A stretch of 64,000 bases of DNA from Bugula neritina. Lineage: Eukaryota > Animalia > Bryozoa. Position numbers and translations under genes: made by a program. This document shows positions 21,101 through 39,570 of the stretch, in pieces. Location of the stretch: positions 5,218,729-5,282,728 of the forward strand of contig OZ037770.1 in NCBI GenBank assembly GCA_964035545.1. The letters run 5' to 3'. The first letter of the stretch is position 1. Every line of letters begins with the position of its first letter. The notes under the pieces are model-generated. The model searched no databases, had not been told where the DNA came from, and was given only the letters and a program-made list of their open reading frames with translations.

Positions 21101-22799
21101 CTTAAAAATTGAAGCAATCATATGTGACTATTATTTCAGTTTATCCATATCAAAAATAAGGAGTGTATAGAACACCCAAAAGAAGTTTTCTGCTGGTCAC
21201 AATTTTGTTTTATTTTTTGCACATTTTGAAATAATTATTTCATTCAATTATCATAACTTTGTATCAGATATTAAACATAGTTATTTTCAAATTTGCAGGA
21301 AATGCTGTCTGCTGTGAAGTCTGAGATAAGAAGAGAGAAAAACAATGACTTGGGTTGTCAAATACTGGTTATTATGACTCATGGTGGAGAAGATAACTGT
21401 ATATATGGAACTGACCTTGAAAAGGTCAACCTTACAGACCTGTATGATTTGCTCGCTCCTTTGAGTCTGAAGCCTAAACCTACAGTTGTCATCCTAGAAG
21501 CTTGCAGTGGAGGTAATCACCCGTTGAGTAAATAACAGTATTTGTCTCGTTTAGTTGATTAGTTTCAGTAGCAAAGATATCTCTCTGACTCAGCCATTAA
21601 AATTGTATTTATTTCCTGTTTTCTCTTAATTTAAATTATTATATAAATCCCAATATTTCTGTTGCAGCAAACATTGAGGTGAATCCAGACAGATCAGGTC
21701 TTGCAGCAGCTCAAGAAGAAGAAACCGAAACTGTCTCTTCTACACATTCTGAATCTGATGATGATATTGTATATCCTGAAACGCCTATTGTAATAAGACC
21801 CATCAGACCTGTCTCACCACAAGCACCTAGAATAGAAGAGCGTTGGACCAGACTAGATGTTGATAATCTTCTTGTTCTAAAGAGTAACGTCTGCTGTAAG
21901 TGTATACTAAATAGTGATTGGCTAGTTTTACGTGTGCACAATCGCAGTTATTCAGGATGTTGTCTCTCCTTGATCCAATCTTTTAGACTTGTTTTCAAAA
22001 AGGTATAACTAAACACTGCTCAGAATCAAAACTGAACAAAATTTTAAAATATACTGAGCTTGCTCTGATTACATCATGCTTTTGGCTGCATTTAATCTTA
22101 TTATAGCATCAAAAAGACATCCTGATTATGGATCTCCTATGATTAGAGCTCTAGTATCTTCAATCTACAAACATGCCTGTCACCGTGATCTCTACACTAT
22201 CTTTCAACAAGTGAGTGAAGAACTACAATATTGTTTGCTATTTTAACTTTTATACAAGAAAGTATTACTGATTGTAGCATCTCTTTCATTTCCATGTTCA
22301 AACCATTATGTCATTTGAAAGAAACAATTTAGGCGTTTCTTAGTATAAAAGAGTGTCATTCAGTGCTTTACTTGTTTGAATTGTAGAGTTTAGTCTCTGT
22401 TGTTACAGTTTCTTTAGAGTAATGGCTCAGTACTATATTGATAGTTTCTCTCCTCCTTTAATATGTTCTTGTAGTCTGCTAATAACTAGTCTCGTTTATT
22501 AAATGACATGACTGTAGCGGACAACTCTAAAGTTTTACTACTCAGAGGTGTTAAAGTAGGATAAAATGATCTAACAGCCGGGAGTTGTACCTTATCACAG
22601 CTAGTAGCGAATTGATTAACAGTCTTACAAGTTATTACTTACTTTACAGGTAAGGACTAAACTAGTGAAGAAACTTTATGCAGATGAAGATTCAGAGAGA
22701 AGCAGAAATTTGGTTGTAATCTGGAATACTCTTCCTCTCCGTAAAAGACTTTACCTGTTTCCAGGCTTTGATGGATTTGGTGAAGAGGCCAAATCTTAA
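42..22799 (+). CDS. Spliced host gene, 5'-partial: LRR - Roc GTPase - COR - caspase (p20/p10) fusion protein
   Basis: Exons with GT-AG borders and consistent phases: 42-179, 600-737, 15390-15527, 15969-16106 (LRR), 17752-19754 (LRR+Roc+COR), 20113-20205, 20413-20561, 20831-21001, 21299-21512, 21668-21895, 22107-22210, 22650-22799 (TAA). Roc motifs GNTMAGKTS, DMGGQEVY, THKD. Caspase motifs RGKALIINN, REGSDAD, THG, EACSG, SKRHPDYGSPMI, KRLYLFPG. Confidence 0.82.
600..737 (+). CDS. 138-bp LRR exon, copy B1
   Basis: Same splice context; LCQLTQLEKLNIGSNPLYTVSEVVSSLTALKELNMDRCNLSTLPE. Confidence 0.9.
764..1143 (+). repeat. Left terminal inverted repeat; first 115 bp (764-878) is an imperfect palindrome
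   Basis: Reverse complement of 14575-14953 with a few mismatches. Confidence 0.95.
1140..1661 (-). CDS. Polinton uncharacterised 173-aa protein, paralog 1
   Basis: ORF with clear similarity to 1658-2182 (LIQFYGEQ, LYWTDK, SHKP, PFHYV). Confidence 0.8.
   Translation of the reverse strand: MNIYKFIKVDITTNKAFISGFINFNEFYYYENINSFTVDLINDYLIDKPIKITHALIQFYGEQMSNQKNKILYWTDKKLGLHIRNSVNPFDESKENLFYTISGAEHNVPHSKININKIINANNNFSFTIALSSNYQSHKPDNVILTNIPNNISLIVMIPFHYVYFKLYYNSIN
1658..2182 (-). CDS. Polinton uncharacterised 174-aa protein, paralog 2
   Basis: Tandem paralog; ATGA overlap with the downstream ORF. Confidence 0.8.
   Translation of the reverse strand: MSSVYIFGNAAKAKIINEKPYIINIAIPSEIYYYEDVDSFTGKLIKDFLVDEPIEITNILIQFYGEQAHSTKELYWTDKRISLTVRNSGEMPSRASELTSYDISGNKHNIPFSEINANKIIEANKNFSLSITLSKTYPSHKPSNVILTDTPTSEITTAALPFHYVLVKLYYNYK
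2183..2566 (-). CDS. Adenain/Ulp1-like maturation cysteine protease, probably inactivated
   Basis: GTHWVA (His), YFDSFG (Asp), Q-x6-RGH where the catalytic CG is expected (codon CGC rather than TGC, 2264-2266). Confidence 0.88.
   Translation of the reverse strand: MKALTNIDIDKAIKELKIPKFRGVFSRNELPNKPRKKECGVLNLDDLTGNGTHWVAWYKNENKKYYFDSFGLHPPLEIMKYLKAPIFYNTERVQEFGTVIRGHLCLYWLKEMSTHETPQLIINKLLL
2563..6219 (-). pseudogene. Protein-primed family B DNA polymerase (~1218 codons) interrupted by one in-frame TAG
   Basis: ORFs 5587-6219 and 2563-5565 are in frame: GSN*IFKLIVKMEINISKYQPLKGSSYIDLP, with W expected at the stop. OTU-like DNKCFMWAV...HY, Zn finger, exonuclease YADFE / HNLSGYD, polymerase YLDANNLYG, KLMNNSMFGK, DTDS. 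Confidence 0.93.
6239..6466 (-). CDS. Small basic protein with Rho-N/HeH-like motif
   Basis: DLKTIAKYYGIKGHSRRKK resembles the PolB N-terminus ILKALAKERGLKRYSQLKKAELI; TAAATG start. Confidence 0.6.
   Translation of the reverse strand: MELNKIIDELIVRAEQKQYITLTEEDLAKLIEPPNIIFDHCMKSNDLKTIAKYYGIKGHSRRKKHKIEQIIGHVV
6500..6979 (+). CDS. Polinton membrane protein (coiled coil plus hydrophobic hairpin)
   Basis: 159-aa ORF; long hydrophobic, Gly/Ser-rich segment at about aa 35-88; TAAATG start. Confidence 0.7.
   Translation: MIANNFRQDKIQALNDEIQELENYYKKKLKKYNALLTVLRVCVSASGVTTIICSTVSAALLGTGVGAISAIPISIISGIAGVITTSITLQDAKIIKKMRLYLDTYKFIKDSKLEICSMLSKILNDDYIDDKEYNFIIEKYKGINTIIENKMLEIINTQC
7074..7643 (-). 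pseudogene. Virion core/membrane-active precursor-like protein with two in-frame stops
   Basis: Frame continues past TAA at 7266-7268 and 7104-7106 to ...GKGLILGPNSPF*NIPLLGMLL; adenain-type sites MSGG/F, IKGK/G (x2), MKGN/G. Confidence 0.7.
7656..8414 (-). CDS. Minor capsid protein (penton, single jelly roll)
   Basis: Follows the MCP; Polinton mCP-like motifs FPNI, LPIGVYE, YSFFPSVSPGYKIIEKP, YLPV, TDQKG.LLDL.G. Confidence 0.82.
   Translation of the reverse strand: MGNKILREIADNTASKQTMTIGVTDTKTRIITQLNPPIELNKNKKYEMCLISLDTFHFFPNISADRNSYRWSKDGGTTWYLVSLPIGVYELDQLEQAIQDEIVKEGGNRNGITLKANKVTFRIILKLKLNYQIDFNVENSIRDVLGFDATIYNQPHIEATNIVKILNINAIHVQVDCINGSYIDGTYKPVIYSFFPSVSPGYKIIEKPHNLIYLPVHVKYIKTLTVTVTDQKGNLLDLSGKQLSIRFHLREV
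8415..9689 (-). CDS. Major capsid protein (double jelly roll)
   Basis: 424 aa; PSKSYLIIEG, NNGMAYLF..IRYQLDG, KPKYIIVGFQT, LNSERYP, LFVIDVSKQ recognised as typical of Polinton MCP. Confidence 0.88.
   Translation of the reverse strand: MDSLNITQKIVTDTSVERDQVHEYEPVTGTNLNYPGEIRIVINQQDLYVQPSKSYLIIEGRLTKNDGTAYADADLVTLINNGMAYLFKSIRYQLDGHDLEYINNPGHASTMMGLLTYPDDYGKSRGLNQLWSKDTTAAAAAANLGFAARQVYLIQKPDPKGTFSIKVDFRHLFGFANDYEKVLYGIKHQLTLVRDTDDNAIYRANGVDAGKITLNKVSWWVPHITPSFEMKNKLYKIIESKTQLPMIYRSRWCDSISVPQTTNFRWRLSSRGDTEKPKYIIVGFQTDKTESQTTNPAVFDHVNVKSVYAMLNSERYPEVDYDIDFAKMKFSRVYGDASKFCGDYYSINELIAYSNVLPSEYKDLYALFVIDVSKQSEILKNSVADIQLRVQFSQNVPANTQAYALILSDKTMSLTSDGNNLKVI
9711..10034 (-). CDS. Basic core-like protein with protease-site motifs
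   Basis: K/R-rich; YAGG/GIF followed by an amphipathic helix; LKGS/G near the C-terminus. Confidence 0.7.
   Translation of the reverse strand: MYVYNKRQRLQRHYAGGGIFDTIKNVVTKIASNSSVKELGKKAITKAGTAAGEKIVNAIKRRRQKNLNAKSQAILQKLNQTKNILKVLNNNNNISNILKGSGQAIAY
10038..10843 (-). pseudogene. Conserved Polinton protein (C-terminal DPNALVERLELL..AGNT..NEI motif), disrupted
   Basis: ATG at 10843 (MSYLKINDP), TGA at 10778-10780, frameshift in the A-run near 10300, final TAA at 10038-10040; the ORF track shows only the middle piece 10205-10720. Confidence 0.75.
10858..11100. repeat. Internal tandem array of ~31-bp units with GTGTCC...GGACAC dyad
   Basis: ACATTTGTGTC(C/T)ACTTTTTATGGACACG(G/A)AC repeated, with shorter variants at both ends. 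Confidence 0.9.
11099..12472 (-). CDS. Zn-finger + parvovirus-type PLA2 + retroviral-type DDE integrase + chromodomain fusion
   Basis: CxxC..CxxC; HNFLGPG and DAIATRHDVCY (PLA2); WAADLVDM, VDKGKEF, VERWNRT (DDE); LVKWLGYPESQNLWV (chromodomain). Confidence 0.92.
   Translation of the reverse strand: MYCCKCKTKTKTLNYEKRVSKNNRLMGYGNCGQCGCKKTTFVGSGLANNLINNLPFELHYPGHNFLGPGTKLNKRLNDDMTPKEESKPVDRDDAIATRHDVCYALNKDTKTRNEICDKNMLNELKAISNPTPAEQRHSRFASTIIGAKKRLGWGLKNWTDELAEELHKPVQKKFRKRRVWVSGIDNIWAADLVDMTEFAKFNNGYKYLLTVIDVFSKYGWIIPLKNKTGKATALALKTILTRRKPQHLWVDKGKEFYNKNVKSLIDLYSTENEEKSSVVERWNRTMKERMFKYFSANNTYKYIDVLKDLVKRYNETKHSSIGMTPIEASNPSNENKVRMKLYPNLPAPSKPKFAVGDRVRIPRKKRTFEKGYTVRWTEEVFIISKILYTNPTTYKLIDSGGEEIQGSFYEQELQKTSQEIYRIERVIKKKGKKALVKWLGYPESQNLWVDLNILERL
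12485..13246 (+). CDS. A32/FtsK-like genome packaging ATPase
   Basis: Walker A GKSRCGKT, Walker B LIIFDD, RGRH motif, YLSQ. Confidence 0.92.
   Translation: MEIENLSWKNEINRNNNPLLPKSIRGLIVGKSRCGKTTLLCNLLLQPNWLDYDKLMIYGKSLSQPEYINMKKAFELGLTKEEILNFFKNSETIVNSGINVNRFLKNYAKGNGNINAKFIESSDDVYDPSELDASNKNLIIFDDLMLEKQKTCESYYVRGRHNNVDCFYLSQNYFKLPRNTIRENANFICLFPQDGKNLNHIYQDHVTGDITLNEFKNFCYKGWQKPHGFITLDLSSSKNNGRYRHGLDEFYIP
13250..13681 (+). pseudogene. Third paralog of the 1140-2182 family; start lost (ATA) and frameshifted
   Basis: Begins like (M)SVYKFG; downstream frame LYWKDKNLTLII...NYTSRKPNDITV...LPF aligns by eye with LYWTDKKLGLHI...NYQSHKPDNVIL...IPF. Confidence 0.7.
13682..14578 (+). CDS. Fibre/spike-like protein with 40-aa repeats
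   Basis: LDMGGNKI...PADDQDAATKKHVD fibre/adhesin neck-like motif, then five full and one partial ~40-aa (120-bp) repeats. Confidence 0.7.
   Translation: MSVYKFGVSGKTQIDTKKFVLINGSSTLTGTLDMGGNKISRVINPADDQDAATKKHVDDTSMPKIQNPINQLTISTNDGRVIDSDLKVDDVITKTNVSNYPVPLIQNPINQLTISTDAGHVIDSNLKINDVITKNKVSNYAVPLIQNPTEKLTVSTNTGNIIDSNLSVSDVVTTSNINNLAIPKIQPANEKLTVSTTSGNVADSSLSVSDIITTSNISNFAMNKIQPSIGGKLLMLSSDGNIVETGINITDIITINNISGYAIPKLQNAIGNKLVISTSDGDIIESTESQPTFPSYSI
14575..14953 (-). repeat. Right terminal inverted repeat; last 115 bp (14839-14953) palindromic
   Basis: Reverse complement of 764-1143. Confidence 0.95.
15390..15527 (+). CDS. 138-bp LRR exon, copy A2
   Basis: LCQLTQLEKLDIKGNPLNTLPEVVSSLSSLKELNMENCKFSTLPE; the following intron resembles 180-599. 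Confidence 0.9.
15969..16106 (+). CDS. 138-bp LRR exon, copy B2
   Basis: LGQLTQLEKLHIGSNPLKTVPEVVSSLTLLEELNVGRCELSNLPE; the following intron resembles the Polinton-interrupted intron. Confidence 0.9.
17752..19754 (+). CDS. Large exon: terminal LRRs, Roc GTPase and COR domain
   Basis: Contains ORF 17822-19768; SPPLEV..RG..AVRQY pre-Roc motif, P-loop at 18062-18088, DMGGQ, THKD, MHDCGKVLWY. Confidence 0.9.
20831..22799 (+). CDS. Caspase catalytic domain exons
   Basis: Five in-phase exons; His at 21380-21382 (THG) and Cys at 21503-21505 (EACSG); acidic intersubunit linker; C-terminal LYLFPG. Confidence 0.88.
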
Positions 22800-23963
22800 C
22801 TCAATACATGACTCTATTTTTAATTTGCACAACACTTAGTTTAATTATGACTCAAATTACGTGACTATTAAACCTAAACAGATAGTGAGTTTGTGTGAAT
22901 GGGTAATGATTACTTGACAGTCAAAATATCTATCAAATATTTTTTAACTTTTGTATTTTATTTTGAGTATAAAGCTATATACTGATAACATTTACTTTGG
23001 TAAATTAGCTTGTGATGTCATTTCATAACAAATATTCATATTATATGATATTAGCTGTACTGCCATATTACGGAAATGATATAATCAGTTCATTTGTGAT
23101 TTTGTATGTTCTGCCTATATATATTACTATATTATAGTATTTAGTATAATATGGTTGCAGTTGGTTTTATGTCTTGTAAAACATTAACCATTCCCGCTTA
23201 TATGGTTTTTACTTAGCCAAATTTGTTCTCATTTATATTTTCATGTGACACTTAGCACTGACTATGTTGTTTCATCCACATGTTCTAACTGCTATGCTAA
23301 CATTATTATCATAATTTCAGTCCCTTGCTAATATCTATCAAAGATTGCTCTTTACATATTATCAATAAACTTTATTGAAATGATTTATATAAAAAATTTC
23401 AATTGCTTTTAAGATTTCAAGTCTGGAAAATTTTACTTCAATAATCTGTGATTAAAGTAACGAGTACATTATTTACAAATAATAGTTATGAAATTCGTCA
23501 TTCTCGTACCTGCATCTGCAAACCAATCATTTCTCAAATAAGCTAATGAAATGATAGGGTGGGGCTCATTACTCTGTGAAATTCTGATCTCAAACCTCCG
23601 CTGCCTTGCAGCAATACCCACCAAAGAAAAAGCTTGGGGGTTAAACCCCGATAATAAATCAGGATTTGGAGCCCTGAAGGCATTTCGTAGTCAATCAAAA
23701 CTTTGTTCTGGCAGCTTCTGCGACGACGCTGGTGCCCAAATGTAGCAGCTCTGTTTCCCTTTTAGAGCTGCCAGCGATATCACTAAAGAAAACACTCCAT
23801 CTTCACCTTTTATGTAGACACTGGGAGCAGCAGATACTAGTTATAAGCTGTCTCTCAATTGGTGTAGAGCAAAGCATCAGGGATTTCTCTCGACATTGGG
23901 AGAAATCTTTAGATTTCACTGGGCAGCTACCGCTCAATTGAACAGCAGACTGAACTCTTTGCA

Positions 23964-25420
23964 ATGTCAGACAACAACAAAATTGAAACTAAAAGACCAA
24001 GTCCTAAACTAAAATGTTGCAACGTTCAAACTATGCTAACCAATCTATCTACCAATTTACAGGACATCAGAAGCACCCGAAAATTTTCCATCATAAATGA
24101 CAAACACAAAAGGTTAAGAGTCGACATTACTACAATTCAAGAAACGATTAGCTGGCACTCTAAAGAAACAGTTTTACACGTTTTAACGGCAGCAGAGGAG
24201 TTCTTATCAGCCAAGAGTGTATGCTGGCTTTGCAGTGAGGAAGAGACTCTTGAGTATGGTAGAGCCATATAGTAACTGCTCAGAGTGACTCATGACACTT
24301 CATCAACACCACCAGTGGCCCTGTCAACCTTGTCAGTGTATATGTTTCAACGCTATTTGCCACATCAGATGCTATAACACGTTCTATGATAACCTCGCAA
24401 CCATCATCAGGAACATCCACGGCACTGAGCAACTGGCACTGGGCAACTTTACCGACAGGGTGGGTGCTGTCTTGACAAAATCCAAACAATCACCTAGTTA
24501 ATGAAACCTTTGTATTTTAAGGGCTGCGCAGAGTATAACTAGACAGACTGCCTTGGTATTGTGCCAATAAGTACTGGTCTGAGCTCAGCCAGAGTATCCA
24601 CAATGCAGCCCCTGTGAATAAATTATTATTATTGTCATTGAGAAACTGTTCCAAATCTAAGCACCTGGCAGTGATAAAATATCCCCTGGCCTTATTAAGT
24701 GCTGCTAGACCATGTGTTTACATCCCCTGCATGACGTTTTTCATTACTGCTTGAAAAAAGATGCTGTGCTACAAGACATGAGAGATGCGAAGATCACAAA
24801 AATGAAGGAGACAAATGTGGTTTCAACAACTAAAGAGACATCTATCTCACCCCTCACCATTGTTGGCAAAGTATTTAGCAAAGTTATCCTGGCTCGATCT
24901 ATAACAGATACCAGTTAAATGGGTCTACCCCAAATTGCAGTGCAGTGTCTGTGCTGGAAACTCAAGAATTGACACAGCTTTTTTCTTGCGCCAGCTCCAT
25001 GAAAAGTGTAAAGAGCAAAGGATATTTTTCTATGTTGCCTTTATTGACTTGACAAAGACGTTTGACCTAGTCAGCAGAGAGGATTTTTTTAAAATCTTTT
25101 CATAGATTGGCTGCCTTTTAAAGCTGCAAAGCACTTTTTTACAGCAACATGAAGGAGACAGCAATGTTCTACAGCAACCTCTCGAAACCCTTTGACATTT
25201 GAAGTGGCGTTAAACAAGGCTGTGTTTTGGCACCAACACTCTTTGATGTCTTTTTTGCCATGCTTTTAAAAGACGCTTTCAGTAATTCATCAGAAGGGAT
25301 CTACCTACAAACTAAATTGGGCGGTAAACACTTTAACATCGCTCGACTCAGAGCCCAAGAAAGTACGTCAAGTTGTCATCAGAGACATGTTGTTTGCTGA
25401 TGATGCTGCTTTGATATGAA
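23964..25420 (+). mobile_element. Degenerate non-LTR retrotransposon (RTE-like), endonuclease and RT remnants
   Basis: Broken frames with NVQTM/IQET, FIDLTK.FDLVSR, GVKQGCVLAPTLF, LFADDAAL; many stops and frameshifts. Confidence 0.8.
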
Positions 25421-26018
25421 TCATTGCTTGCAATATAAGATTCAATAACTGTTGGCATATGCCATGTTTTTTGTTGGCACAACTTAAGGTTTAGGAGTAG
25501 TTTTCTCTCACATCAATATATTTAAATATCCACTAACTAGTCTAAACTCCATCGATATAGAACTGAAAAAACATGTAATTAGGAGCGACATTTTAATAAT
25601 GTGCAGCTTCAGTCAACACTTTTTGTTTGAAATCTTGTAATGAATCTCACTAATACAGACTGATATGCATGATGGAATAACTTTTTAACAGACATTAAAT
25701 ATTTCTTTAAGGAATAAAACCCCTAGGTGATATAAATTAGCAAATTTTTAAACCCCTCAAGATATTCTGCAGTTTTAATCTACTATTATTATATTATTCT
25801 TGACGGCAAAGCCTACAACTGAACTTAATTCTTTTTCCTGTATTATTTATCCAGAACGGGCACATATGACTGGCTATGGGACTGTGTTTGAGGTAGACAA
25901 GTGACCCCATGTCAATTGATACAACTTACACCATCTTTAAACTCAATATACACTTATATAGATATAAGAATGTGTGATGAACAAACCAATATCACAAACA
26001 TTGCCAGATATGAATTAT

Positions 26019-26333
<315 letters not shown>

Positions 26334-26395
26334 ATGTTTATGCTCTAGATTTATTTCTATAGAGCACTCTAGTAACGTTTTATAAACACTCATTT

Positions 26396-26475
<80 letters not shown>

Positions 26476-26709
26476 GATATAATATTTGTAAAAACTGGTG
26501 AAAAAAGACATAACTTGCAACTTCCTTGCAAAAATATAAATAGAAATTACAGGCAACAAATTAATCCCAATGCATACAAAAAATATGTATATAAATTTTG
26601 TATGTGCTTCGTATTCTCATAAATGATAATATTCTACACTATGTGTCCAATACCAAAATATGAACGTGGTCAAACAATAATACGGTATTCTAAAAAAATT
26701 CTCAGTTTT

Positions 26710-37720
<11,011 letters not shown>

Positions 37721-39187
37721 TACTGGACAAGTCAAAATCTGAGTGCAAATTAAACTTGTTTTACAAAACAATGTTGTTGGAGGATCTAATGTCAGCTGTC
37801 AAGTGTGGTTACTGCAGAATGTGTTGTACTGTGAACAGTAAACTTCTAACACTCAGTTTGATTGGCCTAACAGGAGTGTCTGGTCAGTTACTTACAACAA
37901 ACCGGACACTGTGTAACATATTAATATAACACTGAAGTAAAGATTTACACTATAATCTAATTATAATATTATTTGCCTACATCAGTCTTGGTATATTTAG
38001 CTCCCTTCCAAGGACTGCATTGTGCAAACGATTTTCTCATTGATGCATGGGGACAGTGTCTTTAAGGACACAAATCCATTCAAACGGTTCTATCAAATGA
38101 AAATGATGCGAAGCTGATTTATGTATCGATGCCCTTTAACCTTTTGGTGCGAAGCCTTTCAATCAAGTCGGATAAACTCTTTTGTCACAGAGGCAGAGAT
38201 CGGCAATCGTACTGGCTCTAGTTACATAGTTACAAGATGTAAGCAATAAAATTCTCCAACTACGACTAAAAACTAAAATGTTATTTCACAACCAATTTGA
38301 ACAAATTATTTCATGTATTTTAGCTGCCATTATTTTAAATAATTATTTGTCACTGTGGATTTTCGTAATTTTTCTGTGATTGTAAAGAATTAAACTTCCA
38401 ATGGCTAAAACAAGCCAACAGCTAGTTCAAAAGTAGGTTTCATTCTGAAAACATTTTGATTTAGTAAGCCTTTTATTTTATGCACCATGAAAAGTAAGGC
38501 ATTCATTTGTTAAAACCTTTAAAATTTAAAAAAAAGTTTGACGCAATGAACTTAATTTAGCAAAAACCAAGATAGAGTGAATGGCGTAAAGTACCATGAA
38601 GTAGTAGCATTGACTCGATATTAGCCATATCTGTCGACAATATGCCGCTGCAGGAGTGCGTGTTTTGCTGGCAGAATAGTCTTAGAGCACATTATTTAAA
38701 GAAAAGACAACTTCGCACGAAATGCCTGTAGCACTGTGTTCCTTTTATTCTGTTTAACTTGGGCAGGAATATTTGTGAAAAGGTAGTTAGTGCGCTGTGA
38801 AAGCTTAATATAAATTAAAAATAAAATTTCATTGCAGCAACTTGGATATATGACTATGAAGTTATATGCACCTACATATTGACTGAAGAAATTATTGGGT
38901 ATAATGAAATTTTTGTGTTTAGTGCTTTTTTTAAATATCCAGGTTCAAAATAACCCCTTTTGGAAATTCATGCTGTCTTTAAAATAATTACCACATAAAT
39001 TTTGTGCATCAGTTTGGGGTTTCTTGTTTTTAATCCTAAATGTTAGCTATATTCTAAAATCAGTGTCAGAAGAATGGTGGTGTCATCACTGCGTGCAAGA
39101 AATGCTGCTTCATTGATTTCTGTTTAATTTTGATATTTTATGCTGTTATGTGATACAACCTGTAAGTTTTACTGTTAGTGCACCAAC

Positions 39188-39442
39188 TGTTAGTACTATA
39201 CTACTACTGCTAACACTACTACTACTACTACTATTACTACTACTACCACTGCTACTAGTACTACTACTACTACTACTGCTACTACTACCACTGCTATAGT
39301 ACTACTACTACTACTGCTACTAATAGTACTAGTACTACTACTACTAATAGTACTATCACTACTACTACTAATAGTACTAGTACTACTGCTGCTGCTTCTA
39401 CTAATACTCTGATTACAGCCACTATAACTACTGCTACTACCA
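39188..39442. repeat. Imperfect (ACT)n microsatellite
   Basis: Direct reading. Confidence 0.9.
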
Positions 39443-39570
39443 CCAGATCAAAATTGTCATTGACACATTGTTCAATACAAGACTAAAAAGTGAACTACAC
39501 AAATTTATGAAATAATATTTTATTTTGGTTCACTTTGCATATAGAAAATATAAATACTAATGAAATGGGT

